A program made the translations under genes and the position numbers. A stretch of DNA of 32,000 nucleotides from the NCBI RefSeq assembly GCF_000019345.1, contig NC_010503.1:570001-602000 (forward strand), written 5' to 3'. Position 1 is the first letter of the stretch. Each line of letters starts with the position of its first letter. The stretch comes from Ureaplasma parvum serovar 3 str. ATCC 27815. GTDB taxonomy: Bacteria; Bacillota_I; Bacilli_A; Mycoplasmatales; Mycoplasmoidaceae. Shown here piece by piece: positions 20,534 to 32,000 of the stretch. The notes under the pieces are model-generated. The model was not told the DNA's origin, searched no databases, and saw nothing but the letters and a program-made list of their open reading frames with translations.

Positions 20534-21955
20534 ATGAGATATAAATTTAAAACACAAGAAGACTTAGTAAATCATTTAAAATCTGTTGGTTTTGTTTTTG
20601 CAAATTCAGAAATATATAATGGATTAGCTAACGCATGAGATTATGGACCATTAGGTGTATTATTAAAAAATAATTTAAAAAATTTGTGGTGGAAGGAATT
20701 TGTTACTAAACAAAAAAACATTGTAGGTTTAGATAGTGCCATCATTTTAAACCCCTTAGTATGAAAAGCAAGTGGACATTTAGATAATTTTTCAGACCCA
20801 TTAATTGATTGTAAAAGTTGTAAAACAAGATATCGTGCTGACAAATTGATTGAATCTTTTAATAAAGATATTCATATTGCTGAAAATTCTACTAATGAAG
20901 AATTTATGAAAGTTTTAAATGATCATAAGATCTTCTGTCCTACATGCAAACAATTTAATTGAACTGATATTCGTCATTTTAACCTTATGTTTAAAACACA
21001 CCAAGGAGTAATTGAAGATCCTAAAAACATCGTTTATTTAAGACCAGAAACCGCTCAAGGTATTTTTGTTAACTTTAAAAATGTTCAGCGATCAATGCGT
21101 TTACACTTACCATTTGGGATTGCACAAATAGGTAAATCATTTAGAAATGAAATAACTCCTGGTAATTTTATTTTTAGAACTCGTGAATTTGAACAAATGG
21201 AAATTGAATTTTTCTTAAAAGAAGAAATTGCATATGATGTTTTTGATAAATATTTAAACCAAATTCAAAATTGATTAGTTACTTGTTGCGGATTAGATTT
21301 GAATAATTTAAGAAAACATGAACATCCCAAAGAAGAATTATCACACTATTCAAAAAAAACAATTGATTTTGAATATAATTTCTTACATGGTTTTTCTGAA
21401 TTATATGGAATTGCATACCGAACTAATTATGATTTATCTGTGCATATGAATTTATCAAAAAAAGATTTAACATATTTTGATGAAGAAACTAAGCAAAAAT
21501 ATATTCCTCATGTTATTGAACCATCAGTTGGTGTAGAAAGATTATTGTATGCTATTTTAACTGAGGCTACATTTATTGAAAAACTAGCAAATGATGAAGA
21601 CCGAATTTTAATGAATTTAAAATATGATCTAGCCCCTTATAAAATTGCTGTAATGCCATTAGTTAATAAATTAAAAGAAAAAGCAGAAGCAGTTTATAAT
21701 AAAATTTTGGATTTAAATATTTCAGTAACTTTTGATAATAGCGGAAGTATAGGCAAACGCTATCGCCGTCAAGATGCTATAGGAACAATTTATTGTATAA
21801 CAATTGATTATGATTCATTTGGTGATGAACACGATCCTACTTTTACTATTCGTGAACGAAACACAATGGCTCAAAAAAGAATTAAATTATCAGAGTTATC
21901 TTTATATTTAAGCCAAAAAGCTCATGAAGATTTTCAAAAGCAATGTCAAAAATAA
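20534..21955 (+). CDS. glyQS: Glycine--tRNA ligase (class II, single-chain GlyQS type), 473 aa
   Basis: From the ATG at 20534 the read runs through five TGA codons and joins pieces 20987..21274 and 21299..21955. Motifs present: [62 protein letters not shown], and the anticodon-binding domain [12 protein letters not shown]. Confidence 0.95.
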
Positions 21956-23868
21956 CTAACAATGTTTTTTTAACAATTCGTAATGCTATAAATATTTCCG
22001 ATGTTATTCAAAATTACATTAAAGTAATTAAAAAGGGTAATAATTATTGAGCTATTTGTCCATTTCACAATGATACAAATGAATCATTGTCAATCAATGA
22101 TAAAAAACAAATCTTTAAATGTTTTGCTTGTAATCATGCTGGTGATGTGATTAAATTTGTTGCTGAATATAAAAAGATCTCCTATGCTTTAGCAGCACAA
22201 GAGATTGTTCAATTAATGAATTTAGATTTAAACTTATTGAATCATTTACAAAAAATTTCTCCACAAGAAATTAAAAAAAATAAGGTTTTTGATTTAAACA
22301 AACAAATTCAAAAATGATTTATTAATTTTTTAAATAATAAAAATAACATTCATGTTATTGATTATTTAACTAAACGAAATTTAAATAAAAATGATTTAGC
22401 ATATTTTAAAATCGGTTATGCTCCAAATAATGATGAATTATTAAATTTAATAAAATCTAATTATAATAATCTGATACAAGAAAATGACGAGTTTGAATTA
22501 AATAAATTAATAGAAAATTCCTTTTTAGTAATTGATAAGAATGGTAATTACCATGATTTTTTTAATGATCGTATTATTTTTAGTATTTATGATCATCTCA
22601 ATAACGTTGTTGGTTTTAGCGGACGTATAATTACAAATGAGAAAACACCAAAATATTTAAATACTAAAACCACTGCTGTATTTAAAAAAGATGAAGTTCT
22701 TTATAATTTTCATAATGTTATCACCATTGAAAATAATCATCAATTATTTATAGTTGAAGGTTTTATGGATGTTATTACAATTCATAAATCTAACAAACCA
22801 AACGTTGTAGCAACAATGGGTGTTGAATTAACTAATAAACATTTAGAATTAATTAAAAGCTATGGAATTAAAGATTTAATTTTATGTTTTGATAACGATC
22901 AAGCAGGTTTTTTAGCTACTAAAAAACAAATTATGAAATTAATTAATTCCCCATTCAACATTTTTATTGTTAATCATAAAGATAATGATTGCAAAGACAT
23001 GGATGAATATGCAAATAAGCACGGTTATAGTGCAACAAGTAAGCTATTAGACCAACAACTTCATATTAGTGAATTTTTATTATTAGAAATTAGTAATACA
23101 AACAAATCTACCCCCTCACTAAAACACAGTTATAAACAAGAGTGTTTTACAATCATTAAAAAATATGGTGATATTTTTTATGTAGATAAATATGTTGATT
23201 TCATGAAACAAACATTTTCAATTGAAGAAAATTTATTAAAAAAAGTTATTGAAGAATTATTAATTAACAAACAATGTAATTCTATTCAAAACAAAAAGAA
23301 CATTCAATCATATCAAAAACAAACACAACTAACTAATAAACTTACTACTTCAAACCCAAAAGTTATCCTAACAAAAATTGATAAACATTTTAACCACTTA
23401 GTAGTAATTATATTAATGAATCGGGTTTTCTTAAACCGTCTTGATACGCAAGTTCGTAACCGGTTAACTAAAGAGCAAAGTTTAGTGATTAATATTATAG
23501 AAGACTTTTATTTGTACCATTTTAAGATTAATAATATTTTAAAAAACACTGATTCTTTTATTGAATTTATTAATAAAAACTACAGTAAATATACTAATGT
23601 TATTAACCAACTTACAAAAATGGTGCAGATTATTAAATATAACCCTAAGTTTGATAATATAGTGGCATTTGAACTAGCTAAAAATAATTTTATATATGAA
23701 TGATTAAACAACCAAATTAAACGTTTAAAACTCATCAATCTAAATTTAAATATGAATAATAACCAAGAACAAATCATAAATAATGAAAAATTAATAAAGC
23801 AATATAATGATGAAAAAATTTTATTAGACAATTTAATCAATGCTTCTTTATTTCATAAAAATCAATAA
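21943..23868 (+). CDS. dnaG: DNA primase DnaG, 641 aa
   Basis: The ATG at 21943 overlaps glyQS by 13 nt. A CHC2 zinc finger is present ([28 protein letters not shown]). The RNA-polymerase core reads [25 protein letters not shown], and the TOPRIM block reads EGFMDV...CFDNDQAG. Pieces 22087..22317 and 22765..23703 are joined across TGA codons. The true stop is TAA at 23866-23868. Confidence 0.93.
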
Positions 23869-23875
23869 TGAATAC

Positions 23876-23919
23876 AAAAAAGCTTTTTAGTAATGTTTGT
23901 TTACTAGAAAGCTTTTTTT
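23876..23919. terminator. Bidirectional intrinsic terminator between convergent dnaG and the giant surface-protein gene
   Basis: An 18-bp stem AAAAAAGCTTTTTAGTAA / TTACTAGAAAGCTTTTTT (23876..23893 with 23901..23918) has one T-G position and a 7-nt loop. It is flanked by an A run upstream and a T run downstream, so it reads as hairpin plus U tract on both strands. Confidence 0.75.
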
Positions 23920-23946
23920 ATTATTAATCAATTAGTTTAAATGTAA

Positions 23947-26900
23947 TTAAAATTGGTTTTCGTTATTTGTATCCATAGCATCATTATTCGTTGTACCAAA
24001 ACTATCAGTGTAGTGTTTGTGTTGATCATCAATTTTAAAGATTGATGCTTTTGGTTCTCCTGAATAATATGTAGCGTTTGAACTATTTGGAAGATTTGGA
24101 TTAATTCGTGGTTCATATCACACTTTACCAATATCAATTGTATTTTTTAAACTATCTGAATTTCTTCGAAGGTAATTTGCTAATGTACAACTGCTTGATA
24201 ACACGTTAGCACTTGTTGGTCGTGAAGCTCTTTCAAAATCTGTTAGTAATGAAGTATCTTCACCTTCATTAATACCATCAATATCATAGCCTTTAAAAGC
24301 TAAATTATTTGTATTATGTTGATAAATTCGAGCATAAACACCAAGTGATTTAGCTAATCCTAAATCAAAGATTGTTTTACGATAACCACCAAAACCTGTA
24401 AATGGTCCTTTAAGGGATAAAGCAACTTGATATCTTCAAGTAAAGTTATTTCTTCCATGACCAAATTTTCATACTTTTCAATCGACTGATTTGGTACTAA
24501 ATGCATTTTTTAAACTATAGCCCATATCTTTAGCTGAAATTGTATTTGATGCTTGATAGTGTAAGACTTTAACTATATTATAATTTTGGTTTGGAATTAA
24601 TTGAATATTTTTAAATTCTAAACAATTATTATGTGCAACAATTGAAACAATCACGTAATCTTTTTTAATATCATAGTTTAGATGATTATCAATCTTATTT
24701 TCATAATCACGTGTATTAAATGGATCATCTCATGTTGATAAAACTACATTATAAGTTTGTCCTTCAACAAAAGTATTTGCTTCTTTACCTTTTAATTTAA
24801 AATTAACCACTGATGCTGGGTAACCACCAGAATCACCTTTTGTAAAGACAATATCGTTTTTAACAACTGTAGTTTGATCAAATTCAATTTGAGCCCCTAC
24901 GGTTTTAATGTGATATTTTGATGAATTATAATTATTAGTTGTGTAAATAATTTGATTATCAGCATTATTTATTGATCCAATAATTCTATTAATACCTTTA
25001 TTAACAAATGAAATACTTTTAATATAATAATCTTGATTAAAATTTAAATTGTTAAAATCTGCATTGAAATATCAAAATGGGTCATTATTATTTTTCTTAA
25101 ATAATTTACATGCTCCAGTACTAAAACTAGCTTCATTATCAGGTTGATCTTTTCGTTTGTATTCAATATTTATAGAAAAATCACCATTTAAAATTTGGTT
25201 TAAAACTGTACTATCATTTTTTCCAACTAATTTAAATTGTTTTGAAATTCCATCTTTAAATTGCGCAAGATTTTGCACTTCATTAACATCAATATGAATA
25301 CCTGTTTTAATAGTTTTTGTTATGCGATTATCAATATTAATTATTTTGAGATTATCGATCATATAAATTTGCTTTTCAATCTCATTTTTATTTGGATGAG
25401 TTTGCTTTTCATTATAATAAACACCTAAAAATTGATATTCACTATTTTCTTCTAAAGCCCCATTATTAGGTAAATCAAATTCTAATTTTGAATAATTATT
25501 AGTATTTAATTGAATTGGTTTAGATCAAACTTCTGCATTTGTTTTAGTGTTAGTAAATAAAGCAAACATGTATTTATTATAAAGATGTTCATCTTTATTG
25601 TTAAATGTCACAGTTGATTTTAGTGTTAGATTTTTATTATCTAATTTATTTTTCACACTTTTTACTTCATAAGGATTTTGGTTTTCTTCAATTTTAATAC
25701 TTGAGTATTGACTATTGTCTAATTCAAAAGTTACTTTATCCTTATACATTTTTGTTTGTGGATTTTCATACATTAATTTATTTAAATCCTTATGGGATAG
25801 TGTCTTAGGTTCATAAACTAAATCAATGCTAATAAGTTGATATAAATTACCTGGTTTAAAATGATCATCATTATTATCAATATTAAATTCAATGATTTTT
25901 TTCTTGTTATCAACTTCACCAACTAATGGAGGGTTCAAAGGTATTTGTTTTCTTTTATTTGGCAGTAAAATTTTTTCTATACCTATTCTTTGCCCCATAA
26001 ATAAACTGTCATCTGGATCGTCATATCGAATTTGAAATGTCATTTTTTTATGATTTTTATTATAAACAATCTTAGGGGTTGCAACATATCATTTAATTGT
26101 TGTTGCGTCAGTACTAAATGATAGTGCATTACTATTTACATTTTTGAATGCTTCACTATCAGTATCTTTAGATATTAGTTTTTTATGGTGTTTATCTTGA
26201 GAAAAACTAGGATCTGCTCATTCAATTCCTAATATTTTATATTCACGATTACCCTTAAAATATTCATTATGATCTTTAATGATTTGAACTAAATAGTCTT
26301 TTTGACCCGCTTTAAAATTTATTGGTTCAGAATAGATTAGTTGTTTATCATTAGATTCTCAATTATTATTCTTTTCATCCCACACATCACTTTTTCTTTT
26401 TGAAGATTCGTAAATTAATCTGAATGGTTTACCAATATAAGTTCCATCATGCTGTAATTTTAAATCAAAACTTATACCATCATTAGTTTGATCTTTTTTA
26501 ACTAAACTAATAATTTTTGGTTCAACAGTTTTAGTTTTGAATGAAATATTAGGTTGTGTCTTATCATTAGTATTTTCATAAATTACATTGTTATTAGCTT
26601 TTGAATTTAAATTAGCATAGGCCTTAGTTGGTTTTTGCTCAAATCACATTTTAGTAATTTTATATTTAATATTAGGCTCTAAATTATTTAAAGATAAAAG
26701 TACAATTGCACTATTAGAATTTCCATTTAATGTGTATGTACGTTCAAATACTGGAATATTTTCTGCTGGAATATCTTTTTTATTAATATCTTCATTAAAT
26801 GGTGTAATTTGAATATGTAATACTTGTTTATCAAATACTTGATCTTTTGATTCTAATTGAAATCAAACTGTTGCAGCATCAGTTGTAGCTGGTGTTTTAA

Positions 26901-29900
26901 TATTTTGAATTCGTACACCATCGGTTGGCACTAATAAATTTGCTGGGTATAAACTTAGTAAATATGTAGCATTACCTTGTTCAAAATCACTTTGTTGATT
27001 TCCAAAATATAAACCATTTAAATTATAATAACGATTTGTAGTTAAATTATCAATCTCAGCTTGATAAAGAATTTGATTATTATCATTAGTTGTTATTAAA
27101 CGGGGTTTAGTTCATTTTGTTTCCCCATTATTATCAACATATGCTGCACTAATTCATTTATTAGCTAATAATTTTGGAGCTTGTGTAATTGTAATATCAA
27201 CCTTACCTTTATTATTAACAACATCACCTGTTTTTGATGGACGTTCCTTAGTTGACAAATCATTATTTTCTAATAGAATTTTAAATTTATATTGATTATC
27301 ATCATTTGTTGAATTTTGATAAATAGATGAATAGTTGTTTTTATCATTATTATTGATGTTTTCACCCATTCTAGCTGGTTTTGTTAACAACATTAGTTCA
27401 CAAACTTTATAATCTTGATTTAGATCAATTCCACTAATATGAAATTTAACTATTTTTTTATTTTCTTTAATTTCAACATGTGCACTAGCTGAAACGCTTT
27501 GTTTTAGATTATTTAACATTGCGTATTTAATACTAAATTGATCTTGATTAGTTAATATATTACTTGGATCATTCAACTCAAAACATAAGTCTAAAGCCCC
27601 TAATGCTTTTTTAACTTTATTTCCATTTTCATTAACTTCTTGTGTTAATAGTGAATAATTAGTTGGAGTTTGCATTTGATTAATACTAATACGTTGAGCA
27701 TTTGGTGTTTTAATATTTCCTTTAGCAGTTTTTTCTAATGCTAATCATGTTCATTTACTATCATCAGTGGCTTTATTATCATCCCCATATCCAATACGTA
27801 ATGTATAAGATGAATTTCATAATAAATCACTACCAAAATCTTTTTTTCAATTTAAATTATTAAGATCTAATGAAGATATTGGAATAGTGTAATAAAGTGG
27901 TTTAGTATTTGGATCACTATTATTTAATTTTCACTCAAAACGAATATATTGACTTTTACTAAATACACTTAAATCCCCATTTAGTTTAAGATCAATTGTA
28001 GCGTTTGGAGTATTATTTACAAAATTAATCGTTGCAGTTTCAACATAAGCACTTTTCATTGTTTTAAACACTATTTGATCAGAATCAACATTTAAATTAT
28101 CAACTGCTGTTACCTTGTTAAATTTCTTCAATTCTTCTTCATTAAATATTAATTTAGCATCTTTTAGTTCATATTGCATATCTTCAGTTAAGTTATCAAA
28201 AACAATTTCATCTAAAACAATTTCATTATTTACTATTTTAGTTTTTAGTTTTTTAGTAATTCATGAATTAGATGATTGATTATTTTTTACTCCAAAACGT
28301 AATTCAAGCTCATAATTTAAATTTTTTAAAACACTATCTTGGTCTTCAAGTTTTAGATTTAGTTTTGCATGATGTGCTTTGATTTCACTAACATTTACTT
28401 GCTTAATTTTTAAAGGTTTACTTGCACGAACTGTAAATTGATCTAAATCATCTGTTTTCTTTGTTAGATAACCCTTTTCTAATTTATATTTTTTAAAATC
28501 AGTATTATCACTCACATTATTTTTTGCTAAACCCACTCATTTAATTGTATATTGCATTCCCCATGTTAAATTATTAAGGTCAAAAGTAAAGTATTTAACA
28601 GCATTATTATCTTGATTTTTATCTGTATCTTTATGTGATTTTGTATAATTAAACTCTTCGTTTTTATTATTTACTAATAATAAACGTAAATACCCTTGTT
28701 TAATAAATTCAGAATAATCACCATCTAAAGTTAATTTTAGGGTATAACTGTTTTCTTGAGCTTTTTTGTTAATCTCAATTTTATTAATAAACAAGTGTTT
28801 TATAGTTGCAAAATGAACATTGTTAATTTCAAAATGAGGTTTTGAAGAAATATAAGTTTCTTTTTGACTTCAATTTTCTTGATTTAAACTAACCGTTTTT
28901 AGTTCATATTCTGTATTTTCACTTAATCCGCTAAGATCTACATCATTTAAAATTACTTCATTATTTTGAATTTCTTTAACGCTAACATGTATGTTTTTTT
29001 GTTTTGGAGTAGTTGGATTTATTTTTGTATTAAACACAAGATCTAATTCATCGCCAACTTTAAAAATATGGTCAGGATCATTAAGTGTTAATTTTAATTT
29101 TGCTGTGTTATCACTAAGATTACTAATCTTATCATTTGCATTAATATAACTTATAGTATTGATTGCATTTGTTAGTACTTTTATTTGTGGTGGATTTAAA
29201 TTTGTGATATTATTAGCAACAAAAACTTCTTTGTTTTGATCATCAACACAATAAACACCAACATAACTATATATGTGATTTTTAGCTAAATTTGTAAATG
29301 TAAAATCTAAATCGTCATGAATATTTTCGTCGATTTTAATTTTAGTTGAAGATCAAACTAATTCGTTAGTATCATTACGTTTATATTTTAATGCTAAATA
29401 TTTACCTTTAAAAGCACTCTTCATGTTATTTTGCATTTTAACATGAACTGTCGTATTACTATCAGTTGGAGTTGAAGGGTGTGCAACATTAATACTATTA
29501 ACTTTAAATATGTTTCCTACAAGATAATTTTGATTTTTAATATCTTTATTATAAATAAAATTATCATAACCGTGATTTGTCTTGTGAATATCAAATTTCG
29601 CTTTTGCTGGTTTTTTATTAACTGATACAGCCCCAACTTCAAATTCTTGGTTATTTAAACTACCAACACTTAATCAAACTTCAGTGTATCATTTATTTTC
29701 TTGTTGGTCAAAATGAATAGGTCAATCATGAGATACTCATACATTGTTTGTATTTGGATAAACTAACTTAACATTAACATTATCATTATCATTAAAGATT
29801 TGATCTTGATTTAAGTCATTAAAATAAATTCTAAATTTAACATCGTTTTGTGTTCTTTTTGAATCATCTTCAACAATTTTTGCAATACTAATTGGTGTAG

Positions 29901-32000
29901 GTTCAACATTAAATTGGTCAACAAGATTATTCTTATTTAATTCACACCATTGGTTATGTTCATTTAAATATAAAATTTTATCTAAATGATATTCACGGTT
30001 ACCAATAATTGAATTTGAAGCGTTTTTATCAAAACTAAACACATAATCATGTGTATTTGTGCTAACTAATAATGGTTGAGTTTCAAAGGTTTCGTTATTA
30101 TTTTGTGATTGATAAACTAATTTTAGTTTTTTAGCATTTAAATATGGATCAATTTTATTAAATTTAGCGTTAACTTTAATTTCTTCTTTATTTGATGCGT
30201 AAGTATTTTTTATAGTTTTAATACTATTAATTTCAAAAATAGGTGTACTTGTTGTAAAAATAATTGAATGTGTTTGATCATTTGAATAAAACTGATCATT
30301 ATATTTGTTATTAATATGTTTATAAGCATTATTTGGTTGTTGTTTAAATTCAACACTAACTAATATATATTTAGTATTTGGTTCTAAATTATTTAACGTA
30401 AAGCTAAGTTTTGTTTGGTTATTTACATTCGCAACAACACCATTAGCTACAAAAGTCTTAGTTAAATCATCACCTTTAGCAAAATGACCTATAATTTGTG
30501 AATTTGGTTTAAAAATATCACCATCATTTGTACTTATAGAACAATTAATATCAGCTGATGTTGAAGTAATATTTTTAACTTCATGTGAACTAATTGTTGT
30601 TGCTGATGGATTTATAACTATTTTTTTATTTGTAATTGATGAATTAATTGGAATTTGATTTGTGTTTGTGCATGCAAAATCATTATTTTGGTCTGAGAAA
30701 TAAATAGCTTGGATTTCATAAGCCTTATTAGCAATTAATTTGTCATGACCAATCTCCACACTAGCTTTATTATTAGTAATTTTAAAAGCACTACTAAATT
30801 GGTCATCTTGTTTAAACTTATGACCACTTACACTATATTTAACACGAATGTACTTATTGTTTAATAAATTAGAACTTAATTCAATCGGTCAACTAATCTT
30901 GGTGTTTTGATCATAATCAAGATCTTGTTTATTAATTGTAACTTTATTAACTTCACAATCTAAAGCAATTTTTTGATTTATATCTTGATTATTAGTACTT
31001 AAAAGAGCTAAAGGATGTTGGGTATCATTAATTTTAGCAAATGCGGCATGAATTGGTTTATTAGCAAAACTAATTTCAAAAATACCATAATCTTGATTTA
31101 AAGTTAAATTATCAATATCAAATTCACAATAGAATTGTTTATTTTGTTGATCATATTTAATTGTAATATTGTTAATTAAATTAGCATTTTGCGTTTGATT
31201 AAATAAAGCATATTTAACATTTAATAATTCTTTTGAGCAATCAGTTGAATTTAAAATACCATCAGGATCATTAATTATATATTTAACATGTGCACTAACA
31301 GATTGATTATCTTGAACTTTTGTAATTGTAATTGTTGGTTTTTGCACATCCATTTTATTTGGCGCTAACCCTAAAGCTAATGATAGATGATTTTCATTTA
31401 AATCTTTTTTAATTTCATTGTTTGCACCCTTGTTTTTAATTGCACAAATTTCACTCAACTCATATTGATGATTAGGTGTAATTTGTGATTTTAACAATTC
31501 AAATTCATAAACTTGATTTGAATTTGAATTAATGTTATTAGAGCTTTTAATTTCAATAGCTGGTTTGTTAGGATTTGTTTTATCTACAAATTTAGCATAA
31601 ATTTCATATCCTTCAAGTTCATGGCCTTCTTTATGTAAACCAACACTAAATTTAACATTTTCGTCTTTTGCACATTCATAAACTCCATTTACTAATTTAG
31701 AGTTTGATGCTAATTTAAAATCTTTAATGAAATTATGAGCAACCTTAGTTGTTAAATCTAGTTTTTCTAATTGTTTTTTAGTAGTTTCATTATATTGAAT
31801 TGGTGATGTTTTTACATTAGGTGAATGAACATGTGTTGTGCTAATAGCACCAATTTCATAAGTTGTATTTGGTGTTAAATCCTTTAATGTAACATTAATT
31901 TTATGATTTTTAACACTAACTTCACCAGCTTTTGAACTTGTTCAAGCTTGTTCACCTTTTTTGCGATATGTAATTGTAATTTGGTCATTATCAACTAAAT
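23947..32000 (-). CDS. Giant modular surface protein, C-terminal >=2683 aa in the window (N-terminus beyond 32000); a module array plus a ~470 aa non-repeat C-terminal domain with a GDSGG motif
   Basis: Eight ORF-track pieces (25072, 25525, 27154, 27931, 28261, 28537, 29737, 30889) share one frame. I checked every line from 23941 to 32000 in that frame and found only TGA codons, with the first TAA at 23949-23947. Module-end signatures run throughout: HQYELSEICAIKNKG, QDYGIFEISFANKP, KAYEIQAIYFSDQNN, TKYILVSVEFKQQP, REYHLDKILYLNEHN, TEYELKTVSLNQEN, MQYTIKWVGLAKNN, MQYELKDAKLIFNE, QDYKVCELMLLTKP, IKYKITKMWFEQKP, REYKILGIEWADPS, NLYQLISIDLVYEP, SEYQFLGVYYNEKQ. The last ~470 aa (about 23947..25362) lack the module pattern. 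Confidence 0.85.

Noticed and set aside
20987-23703. glyQS and dnaG (and also ackA, era, the nuclease and the secDF-like gene) appear split into 2-3 ORFs, suggesting pseudogenes or frameshifts
   Set aside because: All pieces of each gene are in the same frame and separated only by TGA. Under code 4 they give full-length proteins with all motifs in order, so they are not pseudogenes.
24823-24837. GDSGG read as proof of a trypsin/chymotrypsin-type (S1) or IgA-protease-type serine protease
   Set aside because: There is no TAAHC-like His block or Asp block at the expected ~100 and ~50 aa upstream. About 280 aa follow the Ser instead of about 40. I therefore left it as an unassigned hydrolase-like motif.
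1-32000. CRISPR arrays, tRNA/rRNA genes, and transposase, integrase, IS or prophage content
   Set aside because: There is no DNA-level repeat-spacer periodicity, since the repeats are protein-level and diverged. No GC-richer structured segment exists in any intergenic region, and all spacers are 321 nt or shorter. No ORF carries recombinase or transposase motifs.

Overview
This is a very AT-rich, Mollicutes-type (Mycoplasma/Ureaplasma-like) chromosomal segment. It only makes sense under genetic code 4 (TGA=Trp). I checked each frame by hand for in-frame TAA/TAG. Thirty of the 38 ORF-track entries then merge into 13 genes, and a 14th gene runs off the left edge. The other 8 entries are antisense or out-of-frame artefacts.

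There are two kinds of content. (1) A conserved housekeeping core: ackA; a secDF-like gene followed by apt; and the Firmicute-style string ybeY-era-recO-glyQS-dnaG with overlapping gene junctions. (2) Five minus-strand genes cover about 19.1 kb (about 60%) of the window and encode surface proteins built from tandem, highly diverged ~90-110 aa modules. They are one TM-anchored protein (1..2858, partial), three lipoproteins (3085..6396, 7834..9951, 11592..14333) and one giant ORF (23947..32000, more than 2680 aa, N-terminus outside the window). The giant ORF ends in a ~470 aa non-repeat domain carrying a GDSGG motif. An intact EEP-family membrane nuclease sits between two of the lipoproteins.

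Non-coding signals worth a second look:
- Two exactly 16-nt A/T homopolymers, each next to a hairpin, lie 74-81 nt upstream of two family genes.
- An exact 12-mer (TTTGTGTAAAAT) occurs in tandem just after one lipoprotein gene and in inverted orientation in that gene's leader.
- A strong bidirectional terminator sits where sigA/rpoD would normally follow dnaG.

I found no rRNA, tRNA, CRISPR array, transposase or integrase. I could not run any homology or structure search. Product calls rest on motifs I recognise, and the organism assignment is low confidence.
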